64,000 nucleotides of DNA from Candidatus Latescibacterota bacterium (GTDB lineage: Bacteria; Latescibacterota; UBA2968; SICM01): the NCBI GenBank assembly GCA_965217865.1, contig CBDCJO010000002.1:5600001-5664000 (forward strand), written 5' to 3'. The position numbers and the translations under genes were made by a program. The notes under the pieces were generated by a model. That model saw only the letters and a program-made list of their open reading frames with translations, was not told where the DNA came from and did no database searches. Shown one piece after another: positions 21,455 through 30,533 of this stretch (position 1 is its first letter; every line of letters begins with the position of its first letter).

Positions 21455-23245
21455 ATGAGTTACGAGCTTGTCAGCTGGTCAGTCGGCGTGTTCCTCCTCC
21501 TGGTCCTTGGAATTGTCTGCGGTTGGCTGCTATGCGCTCGCATCAAAGCGCGAAAACTCTTCGAAATGGAGAGTCAGAGCGAAAAGCGAACGACCAGATT
21601 GGTCGAAAAGGCCAACCGGGACCGAAAGGCATCTTTTTTGGAAGAAAAGAACGCCTGGTACGTGCTTAAAACCAAGATGGAACGGGAGGTTGAGCAACGC
21701 AAGCGGGAGGCTGAAAGGCTCCTGCAAAAAAATCACGAACTGGAAGAGGGCCTGAATGAAAAGTCGGACTCGATCCGTCAACGCGAAGAGAAAGTCGCGA
21801 AACGCGATCGTTACATAACGAAGTATTCGGGGGAACTCCAGACGAAGGAAGGGGAACTCAAAGAACTTCTGTCTGAACAGCGTGTGAAACTGGAGCGGAT
21901 TTCCGGGTTGAACGCCGAATCCGCCCGAGAAATTCTCCTGGAAGAGTTGCGAGAAGAAACCAAGCGTCAAGCGACGGTGATGATGAAGAAAGTCATCGAT
22001 CACGCAAAGGAACATTCGGAGAGGGAGGCCAAGAAGATCGTCGCTTTGGCCATTGAACGTTGCTCTGCCGATCAGTGCGTGCAATCCTCAATCTCGGTCG
22101 TCCCCCTGCCCGATGACGATATCAAAGGTAGAATCGTCGGAAAAGAGGGCAGAAATATCATCTCTTTCGAAGCCGCGACAGGCGTGAAAGTGATCGTAAA
22201 CGACACCCCGGAGGCCGTGGTTTTATCCAGTTTCGACCCGGTAAAACGGGATATCGCCCGTATCGCGATGGAGCGGCTGATCAAGGAAGGCAGAATTAAC
22301 CCGAGCCGTGTGGAGGAAGTCGTTGCAGTGGCGGGCGAGAAGGTGAATGAGAGTATCATTGAGGAAGGAAAAAAGGCGTCCAGGGATGTCCGGATCGATA
22401 ATCTTCACCCAGACATGATCCAACTCCTTGGGAAGTTGAAGTACCGGATGAGCTTTGGTCAGAGTGTCCTGGAACATTCCAAGGAGGTGGCTTTCCTTAC
22501 AGGGGCCATGGCCGCCGAGCTTAAACTCAATGAAAAACTCGCAAGGAGGGCGGGTCTTCTCCACGATATCGGCAAAGCCGTCGACCACGAAATTGAGGGC
22601 ACGCACGTGGATATCGGAGTGAACCTTGCCAGGAAATACCGGGAACCGATGGAGGTGGAGAACGCCATCGTCGCGCACCACGAAGAAGGGGAGGTTCTCT
22701 CCCCGATTTCGTTTCTCGTAACCGCCGCCGATCGAATTTCCGGAGCGCGACCAGGCGCCAGGCGGGACGATGCGGAGGGATACATCAAGCGCGTCAGGGA
22801 TCTGGAGGAGATCGCCCGATCCTTCGACGGAGTCGATGATGCATACGCGATAAACGCGGGCAGGGAAGTCCGCGTCATGGTCAGTGCCCGCAAGATACCC
22901 GACGATGAAGCCACTGTCCTTGCTTTCGAAATCGCTCAGCGGGTTCGATCCGAATTGGTCTACCCGGGGGAGATCAAAGTGACCGTCATCAGGCAGACGG
23001 TCGGGGTGGAATGGGCGGGCAGGTCAAATCGCAAAAAGCGGTCCCGATATCAAAAACCCGAGAAAGGAGACGGAAGACATGGCCATCAAGGTCGGCCACG
23101 AAATGACGGTGTCAGAAAAGTTGTATCTTCCGGCGATCAGAAAGGGGTTGTCGCTAACCTTCAAGCAGATGTTCGGCAAAAAGTTCACCATGCAATATCC
23201 CGAGGAGAAGTGGAAATCACCTCCGGGGTACCGGGGCCTGCATAA
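21455..23245 (+). CDS. rny: Ribonuclease Y with an extended C-terminus overlapping nuoI
   Basis: N-terminal TM, coiled coil, KH domain (KGRIVGKEGRNI), HD domain (LLHDIGK), AGREVRV, YPGEIKVTVIR. Confidence 0.92.
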   Translation: MSYELVSWSVGVFLLLVLGIVCGWLLCARIKARKLFEMESQSEKRTTRLVEKANRDRKASFLEEKNAWYVLKTKMEREVEQRKREAERLLQKNHELEEGLNEKSDSIRQREEKVAKRDRYITKYSGELQTKEGELKELLSEQRVKLERISGLNAESAREILLEELREETKRQATVMMKKVIDHAKEHSEREAKKIVALAIERCSADQCVQSSISVVPLPDDDIKGRIVGKEGRNIISFEAATGVKVIVNDTPEAVVLSSFDPVKRDIARIAMERLIKEGRINPSRVEEVVAVAGEKVNESIIEEGKKASRDVRIDNLHPDMIQLLGKLKYRMSFGQSVLEHSKEVAFLTGAMAAELKLNEKLARRAGLLHDIGKAVDHEIEGTHVDIGVNLARKYREPMEVENAIVAHHEEGEVLSPISFLVTAADRISGARPGARRDDAEGYIKRVRDLEEIARSFDGVDDAYAINAGREVRVMVSARKIPDDEATVLAFEIAQRVRSELVYPGEIKVTVIRQTVGVEWAGRSNRKKRSRYQKPEKGDGRHGHQGRPRNDGVRKVVSSGDQKGVVANLQADVRQKVHHAISRGEVEITSGVPGPA

Positions 23246-23657
23246 ACTAACGAAGGATGAAAAAGACCGGATCAAATGCGTGGCATGCTACATGTGCGCC
23301 ACGGCTTGTCCCGCCGAGTGCATCACGATCGAAGCGGCTCCCGCCCCCTGGGAGGACAGGGAAAAAGTACCCGAGCGATTCGACATCGACATGCTCCGCT
23401 GCATATTTTGCGGTTATTGTGTTGAGGCTTGTCCTGAAGAAGCGATTGTGATGACTGAAACACACGAACTGGCGGCCGAAAGCCGGCAGGAATTGATTTT
23501 TACGAAAGAAAGGCTCCTGGCCAACGAAGCCCGGGTGACCTACACGGCAAAACCCGATGTTGACGGAAAGGTGACCGACGAAAAGACCCGGAGCAGCGAA
23601 GTCCATCCGCATCGTTTGGGCGCAAAGGAACTCGATCCTACGCATCGTCTCGTTTAA
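23079..23657 (+). CDS. nuoI: NADH-quinone oxidoreductase subunit I (2x[4Fe-4S])
   Basis: TMQYPEE, YRGLH, CVACYMCATACP, CIFCGYCVEACP; AAGGAG upstream. Confidence 0.88.
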   Translation: MAIKVGHEMTVSEKLYLPAIRKGLSLTFKQMFGKKFTMQYPEEKWKSPPGYRGLHKLTKDEKDRIKCVACYMCATACPAECITIEAAPAPWEDREKVPERFDIDMLRCIFCGYCVEACPEEAIVMTETHELAAESRQELIFTKERLLANEARVTYTAKPDVDGKVTDEKTRSSEVHPHRLGAKELDPTHRLV

Positions 23658-23687
23658 TCCTAAACCGCAGCACCATGAGCAGACGCG

Positions 23688-24059
23688 ATGTATAATCCTA
23701 CGGTCATAGACCATTTCAAGAATCCGCGGAATGTGGGGAGCCTTCCGGATCCGGATGCCAAAGGCTACGCCGAAAACTCGGTTTGCGGCGATGTGATGAC
23801 CCTCTATATGCGCGTGACGGAAAGTCGGATCGTCGAAGCAAAATTCAAGACATTCGGCTGTGCCGCGGCAATCGCTGCAAGCTCGGCACTCACTGAAATG
23901 CTCAAAGGACTTACCCTGGACGAGGCGCTTAAGATCAGCAAAACCGATGTGTCCGATGCCCTAGGGGGGCTCCCGTCGACTAAAATCCACTGCTCCGTTC
24001 TGGCCGAGGATGCCGTGCGGGCAGCGGTTGCCGACAACCGGACTAAGTCAGGGAAATGA
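23688..24059 (+). CDS. iscU: Fe-S cluster scaffold (IscU/NifU-N)
   Basis: DHFKNPRNVG, CGD, KTFGC, LP..KIHCS.LAEDA. Confidence 0.92.
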   Translation: MYNPTVIDHFKNPRNVGSLPDPDAKGYAENSVCGDVMTLYMRVTESRIVEAKFKTFGCAAAIAASSALTEMLKGLTLDEALKISKTDVSDALGGLPSTKIHCSVLAEDAVRAAVADNRTKSGK

Positions 24060-24919
24060 ACCAGTTAGACCTTCTGGTTGGAGCCCATACCTCCATCTCC
24101 GGGGGCCTGGACAGCGGATTGATCGAGGGGCGTAGGATCGGTGGAACCACGGTCCAGATATTCACGAAAAACGCTTCCAGATGGAAGGCCCCCGAAATTT
24201 CCAAAGAGATGGTGAGTGGCTTTCTGAAAGCCAAGGCGGAGACCGGACTCGACCCGATCGTCGCCCACGACTCGTATCTGATCAATCTCGCATCTCCGGA
24301 TCCCATCCTTACGAAAAAGTCCATCAATGCCTTCTTGACAGAGCTGAATAGGGCAGAAGCGCTGGGCATCGACTACCTCGTCACGCACCCAGGGGCCCAT
24401 AAAGGGCAGGGGGAACCCGAGGGAATCCGTCGGTTCGTCGAAAACGTCAACCGGATACACGATCAGACGGAGGGCTTCTCGGTCCGTATTTCACTCGAGA
24501 CGACGGCGGGACAGGGTACCTACCTGGGCCACCGGTTCGAGCATCTGGCCGAGATGATTCGTGGTATCGAACAATCGGAACGTGTGGGGGTCTGCTTCGA
24601 CACGTGCCACGTATTCGCTGCCGGTTATGACCTTCGTGACGAGAATGCCTATCACAGGACCATTGAGGAATTCGACAGGGTCGTCGGTCTCGATCGCGTT
24701 GAAGTCATTCACGCAAACGATTCCAAACGCGAACTCGGCAGCCGCGTCGATCGCCACGAACATATCGGCGAAGGGCAGATCGGATCAAACGGGTTTAGGA
24801 TCCTGATGAACGACCCCCGGTTTCATCGCATTCCGAAAATCCTGGAAACGCCCGAGAGCGAAACCCAACACGAAGTCAATCTGGTGCGACTGAAAAGTTT
24901 CGTGAAATTAGAGGAGTGA
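24056..24919 (+). CDS. nfo: Endonuclease IV
   Basis: GAHTSISGG, HDSYLINL, HPG, LETTAGQG, CFDTCH, HANDSK, DRHEHIG, ILETP. Confidence 0.96.
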   Translation: MNQLDLLVGAHTSISGGLDSGLIEGRRIGGTTVQIFTKNASRWKAPEISKEMVSGFLKAKAETGLDPIVAHDSYLINLASPDPILTKKSINAFLTELNRAEALGIDYLVTHPGAHKGQGEPEGIRRFVENVNRIHDQTEGFSVRISLETTAGQGTYLGHRFEHLAEMIRGIEQSERVGVCFDTCHVFAAGYDLRDENAYHRTIEEFDRVVGLDRVEVIHANDSKRELGSRVDRHEHIGEGQIGSNGFRILMNDPRFHRIPKILETPESETQHEVNLVRLKSFVKLEE

Positions 24920-24955
24920 GTTAAAAGCCAATCACCACGTCTGGGAGATCTTGAA

Positions 24956-27211
24956 ATGCCAAAATTTACAACCGTTGGAAAGGGATTGCCTCGCGTCGAT
25001 GGCCTTGAAAAGGCCACCGGTTCGGCCAAATATGGTGCGGATGTCCATCTTCCAGGGATGCTTTGGGGTCGTTTTCTTCGCAGTCCGCATTCCCACGCCC
25101 GCATCAAGCGGATCGATACCCACCGGGCGGAAAAGATCCCCGGCGTCAAGGCGGTTCTCACCCACAAAAGCCTGGCCGCAGGTCAATCCCTGATGACCGA
25201 AGACTCGGTCCACGCCATGAAGTCGGGCCAGAGTCTATTTGCCTTCGACAAGGTCCGTTATCAGGGCGAGAAGATCGCCGTCGTCGCAGCAACCGACCCG
25301 GACATCGCGGAAGATGCCCTTGAGGCCATCGATGTGAAATACGAAGTACTCCAGAGCGTACACTACGTCCTGGAGTCCATCAAGCCCGGTTCGCCGATCC
25401 TCTTCGAGGAAAGTCCATCCGTCCAGACGCCCGATGGTCAGACCCTCAATAACATCTGCACGGAGAGCCACAGCAGCTTTGGTGACGTTGAAAAGGGGTT
25501 TCGTGAATCCGACATCATTCTTGAAGATACTTACAACATTCCACGCGTTCACCAAACTTACATGGAACCCCACGCCGTCGTGGCCGATGTGGATGGCCAC
25601 GGAAACGTCACCGTCTGGACCAGCACCCAGGGAATATTCGCGATAAGGTCCGGCATCGCTTCCTCCCTCGGAATCCCGATCTCGAAAATCAATGTCATCG
25701 GGATGACCATCGGCGGTGGTTTCGGGGCCAAGTTCGGCATGCTGGTCCATCCCTACGCCGTACTCCTGGCTCAGAAGACGAGAAAACCGGTGAAGATCGT
25801 CATGGACCGTTACGAAGAGTTCGTCGACGGGCGCCCGGCGCCGGGCTGCTGGATCTGGCTGAAAACCGGTGCGAAGCGGGACGGCACGGTCATCGCCCGT
25901 CAGGCCGTCGCATACTGGAACACGGGCACGACATCCGGTGCCTCCCTGGGCCAGACGTCGCGAATTAGAGGGGTCTATAAAATTCAGAATATCCACTATG
26001 ACGCATATGCCGTCTATACCAACGAACCCGGGCCCGCTGCCTATCGTGCCCCGGGCGCGCCCCAGACCACTTTCGCCTCCGAAGCCCAGCTCGACCGCCT
26101 CGCAACTTCGCTCGGAATGGACCCCGTTTCCCTCCGCCTTAAGAACATGGCGGCCGACGGGGATTCCGTTGCCGGGGGTCAGCCGCTTTCCCACGTAGCC
26201 TTCAAGGAAACCCTGAACGCAGTCGCAAAAAAGGTCAACTGGCGAAACCGGAAGAAGAAAAAGAATCGGGGCTGGGGAGTGGCTGTCGGGGAATGGACTA
26301 ACGGCGCCGGTCCGGCCGGGGCCTATGTCTCGGTTCAGGAAGATGGCAGTGTGAAGGTCTTCAGCGGTCTGATGGACATTACCGGGACCGACACGGCAAT
26401 GGCACAAATTGCATCAGAGGTGCTGGGGGTGCCCTATGAAAGGGTCAATGTCGTCCGGGGTGACACAGACAGCGCACCATACACCACCGGCAGCGGAGGA
26501 AGCGTTGTCACGTTCAGCGTGGGAAATGCGGTCAAACGGGCGGCCGAGGATGCCCGTGACCGGATCATAAAACTCGCCGCGGAACAACTCGAAGCCCGTC
26601 CCGAGGATCTGGTCCTCTCGGATGGCAAAGTGTCCGTAAAGGGGAGCGGCAGGGACTCCCTCACCATGTCCGAAGTGGCGCAATCGAGCCTTTCGACCAT
26701 CGGAGGACCGATCGTCGGCAAGGGATCCTTCGCCAGGGAACCCTCGCACACGGTCATTTCCGCCCAGATCGCCGAAGTGGAAGTGGACCCGGGCACAGGA
26801 CAGGTCAGGCTCCATCGCCTTGCTGGCGCTCTCGACTGCGGAAAGGCGATTAACCCAGTCCAGGTCGAAGGCCAAATGGAAGGCGCCGCGGTCCAGGGCG
26901 CTTCATGGGGTTTGATGGAAGAGGTGAAGTACAGTCCGGACAGGGGAAACCTGAACCCCCATCTTCTGGACTATCAGATTCCGACAGCACTCGACATGCC
27001 TTCGGTGGAGTCGGTGCTGGTCGAGAAGGCATCCGCCCACGGCCCCTTCGGGGTGAAAGGTGTTGGAGAACCCCCAATCACCCCAACGATGGCCGCTATC
27101 GCCAATGCCGTCTACGATGCGGTTGGAGTACGGGTGAATGAACTCCCGATCAACCCCGAGCACCTCCTGGGGGAACTGAAGAAGAAACGAAGGGGGAATA
27201 ACGGAAAATAA
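24956..27211 (+). CDS. Xanthine dehydrogenase-family molybdopterin-binding (large) subunit
   Basis: RVDG..K.TG, RSPHSHARI, IGGGFGAK, AYRAPG, AINP..VEGQ, KGVGE. Confidence 0.92.
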   Translation: MPKFTTVGKGLPRVDGLEKATGSAKYGADVHLPGMLWGRFLRSPHSHARIKRIDTHRAEKIPGVKAVLTHKSLAAGQSLMTEDSVHAMKSGQSLFAFDKVRYQGEKIAVVAATDPDIAEDALEAIDVKYEVLQSVHYVLESIKPGSPILFEESPSVQTPDGQTLNNICTESHSSFGDVEKGFRESDIILEDTYNIPRVHQTYMEPHAVVADVDGHGNVTVWTSTQGIFAIRSGIASSLGIPISKINVIGMTIGGGFGAKFGMLVHPYAVLLAQKTRKPVKIVMDRYEEFVDGRPAPGCWIWLKTGAKRDGTVIARQAVAYWNTGTTSGASLGQTSRIRGVYKIQNIHYDAYAVYTNEPGPAAYRAPGAPQTTFASEAQLDRLATSLGMDPVSLRLKNMAADGDSVAGGQPLSHVAFKETLNAVAKKVNWRNRKKKKNRGWGVAVGEWTNGAGPAGAYVSVQEDGSVKVFSGLMDITGTDTAMAQIASEVLGVPYERVNVVRGDTDSAPYTTGSGGSVVTFSVGNAVKRAAEDARDRIIKLAAEQLEARPEDLVLSDGKVSVKGSGRDSLTMSEVAQSSLSTIGGPIVGKGSFAREPSHTVISAQIAEVEVDPGTGQVRLHRLAGALDCGKAINPVQVEGQMEGAAVQGASWGLMEEVKYSPDRGNLNPHLLDYQIPTALDMPSVESVLVEKASAHGPFGVKGVGEPPITPTMAAIANAVYDAVGVRVNELPINPEHLLGELKKKRRGNNGK

Positions 27212-27238
27212 CCTTCAAGGCTGGGGTTGACGGTAACA

Positions 27239-27271
27239 AAATAGGGGGCGCAGCGATTGCGCCCCCTATTT
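27239..27271. repeat. Perfect inverted repeat between convergent genes (REP-like / bidirectional terminator)
   Basis: AAATAGGGGGCGCA-GCGAT-TGCGCCCCCTATTT. Confidence 0.75.
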
Positions 27272-27285
27272 GATCTCCCCCCCGT

Positions 27286-27720
27286 CTACCTCACATCCTC
27301 TTCCCCCTCGCCCCCTTCGGGTATTTGCCCTTGACCTTCGAGCATGTTGCTGGCGTGGTGATGGGTCAGTTTCCAACCGCCTTCCGTTCGATAATAGATG
27401 TTCGTCGCCACCGCCCGTCCGCTATTCATCCCCTGATCGTACACCGTTGTGATGTGTTCCACACACACAACCCATCCCACACCGCCTTCCACACTCACCG
27501 CCACATCGGACAGATCTACTTTCATCATCTTCGTACCATTGAAGATACCCAACCAACTTTCCCATATCGCCTCCCAACCGCTTAGCGTGGTCCAACCCGG
27601 ATGGATACATTTCACCCAGGGAGCGTGCAACCAGACCTCCTCCATCTCCTCGATGCTTAACTGCTCCAGGGCCCGATAGAACTGAGCATTGACCTCTTGA
27701 ACCATCTCACGGTCTTCCAT
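27286..27720 (-). CDS. NTF2/SnoaL-like domain protein
   Basis: N..FY.A, CIHPGW..L.G...I..SW, ATNIY, WKLTHHHAS. Confidence 0.85.
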   Translation of the reverse strand: MEDREMVQEVNAQFYRALEQLSIEEMEEVWLHAPWVKCIHPGWTTLSGWEAIWESWLGIFNGTKMMKVDLSDVAVSVEGGVGWVVCVEHITTVYDQGMNSGRAVATNIYYRTEGGWKLTHHHASNMLEGQGQIPEGGEGEEDVR

Positions 27721-27867
27721 AAGACCTCTAAGAACTCATAAGCTTATTGACACCGCCCTTTGGGGGCCATAGATTGTCCCGCTTTCATATCCACACCCTC
27801 CGATCGCGGAAAAACCCGAATATCTTCCTCAAGTCCACTATATATCGTCACTTTCAGGCCGAGTCGT

Positions 27868-28323
27868 ATGAAAGTCAGCGCGAGCACCCGGGGTTGGGCT
27901 TTGTTCATTGACCTAGTGGTCTTTGGTTTTCCCCAGGTGGTGGTCTTTACCATGCTGAAAGGGGTCTGGATCCTTTTCCTTGATCTGGTCATCTGGATTG
28001 CTTACTGTGTGTACTTTGATGGACGACGCGGGGCCACGCCAGGTAAAATTCTCCTCGGCATCAGGATCGTCCGGTCGGACGGTTCGGCCATTGGCTATTG
28101 GGAGGCCCTGGCACGAAGTCTTGGAAAAACTCTGCCCATGCTTCCACTCTTTTTATCAGGGGCCATTGCGCTCTGGACGCAATGGCCCATTTTTTATAAG
28201 AGCGCCGCCGTTTTGATCGGTCTTATCATTCCACTACTCTGGGCGCTTCCCATCCGGCGAAACGATCGGGGCCGATCCCTGCACGATCGCATCGTGGATA
28301 CCCGTGTCATCAGGCTTTTTTGA
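27868..28323 (+). CDS. RDD family membrane protein
   Basis: R..A.FID, GATPGK..LGIRIV, LHDRIVDTRV. Confidence 0.85.
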   Translation: MKVSASTRGWALFIDLVVFGFPQVVVFTMLKGVWILFLDLVIWIAYCVYFDGRRGATPGKILLGIRIVRSDGSAIGYWEALARSLGKTLPMLPLFLSGAIALWTQWPIFYKSAAVLIGLIIPLLWALPIRRNDRGRSLHDRIVDTRVIRLF

Positions 28324-28414
28324 ATGCATCAACCCTTCACTCTTGAGCCCGGAATTTACGAATAAAAGCTAAGGTTCTTGTCCTGTCAAGGGAATTCAGG
28401 AGTCCGGATTTCGC

Positions 28415-28443
28415 TTGACAACCACCGCGAATTGATCTATCAT
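28415..28443 (+). promoter_or_regulatory. Sigma70-type promoter upstream of the FliL-like gene
   Basis: TTGACA-N17-TATCAT. Confidence 0.65.
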
Positions 28444-28501
28444 TTCGAAAATCCATCACGATCGTGGGATCCCTTACGGACCCCTGGAATTCCGGACTTA
28501 A

Positions 28502-29029
28502 ATGGCTGAAGAACAACAACAAACGCCTGGTGGGCAAAGTGCCCTGGACGTCGTACGAAGTTATGCGGCGCTGGTCATTCTGGTGATCATCGTACAGGTC
28601 ATTCTGGCGTTCGTCATTATCCGGACATTGGTTATCGGGCGGCTTGGTACTGCCGAAGAGGATTCGGAGGTGGTCGCTGAGCAACTGAGCGAAACGCCAG
28701 GGGAAGAGGTGCATTCCGACAAACCGGTGATTCTCTACGACATCCCTGAAGACTTCCTCACGAACCCCAACAATGTCGACCGACTTCGTTTTGTAAAAGC
28801 CCACGTTCAGCTCGGCCTATCATCCGAACCTGTCCTTCAAGAGATCCATGGGATCGAACCCAAACTAATCGATATCATCATAAGTATCCTGATGTCAAAG
28901 TCCGTTTCCGAGATGGATGACCCTCCGGACCGCGAGGTCATCAAGGATGAAATAAAAATCTCCTTGAACAAACTCCTCACCCAGGGAGAGATCACAAATG
29001 TTTACCTCACTGGTTTTTTGATTCAATAG
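28502..29029 (+). CDS. FliL-family single-pass membrane protein
   Basis: One TM, acidic linker, FLTNP, RFVK, D.II..L.SK, C-terminal VYLTGFLIQ. Confidence 0.8.
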   Translation: MAEEQQQTPGGQSALDVVRSYAALVILVIIVQVILAFVIIRTLVIGRLGTAEEDSEVVAEQLSETPGEEVHSDKPVILYDIPEDFLTNPNNVDRLRFVKAHVQLGLSSEPVLQEIHGIEPKLIDIIISILMSKSVSEMDDPPDREVIKDEIKISLNKLLTQGEITNVYLTGFLIQ

Positions 29030-30505
29030 ATGCTAGGGATTCCGGAAGTGAAGGGCGCTAAAATTCGGCATATCCGTGCGGTTCGTGAGCCGGCGGTCGC
29101 GGGTCAATTCTATCCGTCGGACCCCGAGGATCTCAAGGCCACGGTGAACGACCTGCTCAAGAGAAGGCCGGAAAACCCGGTTGAAGGAAAAGTCGACGCC
29201 ATTGTTGCTCCTCACGCGGGTTATTCCTTTTCGGGGTCCACCGCAGGAGCAGCCTACCGCCAGATTGCTAATCGGTCGTATGACGCGGTCATCGTCCTGT
29301 GTCCAAGCCACAGGGATGAATTTGAAGGGGCATCGGTATATGCGCGGGGAAGCTACCGGACTCCCCTCGGTGACGTCCCTGTGGAGGAAGAATTGGCTCA
29401 GGATCTCATCGATCGAGAGCCCGCCTTACACGAATCCCAGGCGGGACACCGGGTCGATCCTCCTTCTCCCTTCGGTGGTTCTGCCATTCGAGGCGAACAT
29501 GCCATAGAGGTTCAGATTCCCTTTCTCCAGGAGTCGGTTGGAGATCTCCGGATCGTACCTATTGTGATGGCCGGCAGAGAAATCGACTTCTGCCGACGGC
29601 TGGGCCGTGCGATCGTGGAGGCATCCGGGAGGAAACGGATTCTAACCGTCGCCAGTTCAGACCTCTATCACGGTTACTCCTATCAGGATTGCGTTGAATC
29701 GGACGCATCTACGCTTGCCGAGATCCAGGCCTTCGACCCCGAGCGGTTCGCCCGGGGTATCGATAACCGTAACATACAGGCGTGCGGGAGCGGACCGATC
29801 GCTACGGCCATGGTCGTTGCTCGGGGGGCAGGGGCGGATCAGGCTGCAGTGGTCGGGAGGACGAATTCCGGAGATGTGACAGGAAGGAAGGATGGTTATG
29901 TGGTGGGGTATGGGGCAGTCGTTTTTTATCACGGCCCCCCGGATCAATCTCGAAAAAACAAGGAACTCAGCACCGAAAACCGAGAACGCCTGTTGGCGAT
30001 CGCGAAGGGGGCAATTCGAGAGGCGGTATTCGGAAGGCCTTCTCCAATCCTTCAAGATATCCCCGAGTCACTCCGTAAATCAAGGGGTGCCTTCGTAACC
30101 CTAAAAAGGCAAGGGGCCCTCAGGGGTTGCATCGGTCAGGTCCATCCCGTGGAACCGCTCGCAACGACGGTCCAGGAGATGGCCGTATCCGCAGCACTCC
30201 GGGACCCCCGCTTCACCCCTTTGGCCTCCGAAGAACTCCCAGAGATTAAACTCGAGATATCCATTCTGGGTCCTCTGAGAACGATCCATGACGTCGACGA
30301 CATCCTAACTGGAGAACACGGCTTGTTGATCCAACACCCAGATGGACAGGGCTTGCTGCTTCCTCAGGTCGCAGCAGAACGGGGCTGGGACCGGAAAACC
30401 TTGCTTGCTCAGACTTGCAGCAAAGCGGGACTTCCCTCGGACGCTTGGATGGCCTCTGATTGCAAGATACGGGTATTTACGGCAGAGGTTTTCGGGGAGC
30501 ATTAG
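29030..30505 (+). CDS. AmmeMemoRadiSam protein B (MEMO1) - protein A (AMMECR1) fusion
   Basis: R.PAVAGQFYP, APHAGY..SG, EHAIEVQIPFLQ, SSDL.H, ACG; then GAFVTL, LRGCIG, AALRDPRF, GLLLPQVA. Confidence 0.92.
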   Translation: MLGIPEVKGAKIRHIRAVREPAVAGQFYPSDPEDLKATVNDLLKRRPENPVEGKVDAIVAPHAGYSFSGSTAGAAYRQIANRSYDAVIVLCPSHRDEFEGASVYARGSYRTPLGDVPVEEELAQDLIDREPALHESQAGHRVDPPSPFGGSAIRGEHAIEVQIPFLQESVGDLRIVPIVMAGREIDFCRRLGRAIVEASGRKRILTVASSDLYHGYSYQDCVESDASTLAEIQAFDPERFARGIDNRNIQACGSGPIATAMVVARGAGADQAAVVGRTNSGDVTGRKDGYVVGYGAVVFYHGPPDQSRKNKELSTENRERLLAIAKGAIREAVFGRPSPILQDIPESLRKSRGAFVTLKRQGALRGCIGQVHPVEPLATTVQEMAVSAALRDPRFTPLASEELPEIKLEISILGPLRTIHDVDDILTGEHGLLIQHPDGQGLLLPQVAAERGWDRKTLLAQTCSKAGLPSDAWMASDCKIRVFTAEVFGEH

Positions 30506-30533
30506 AGGCACCACTTCTTCAAGGAGATCTAAT

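Noticed and set aside
25235-26407. Long antisense or alternate-frame ORFs (e.g. 390 aa here; also 36681-37619, 14702-15595, 58139-59089)
   Set aside because: They shadow well-supported genes on the opposite strand, lack recognisable motifs, and are expected in GC-rich coding DNA.
24956-27211. Aerobic CO dehydrogenase large subunit (CoxL)
   Set aside because: The active-site loop is AYRAPG, not AYxCSFR (form I) or AYRGAGR (form II), and coxM/coxS are absent; kept as a generic XDH-family subunit.
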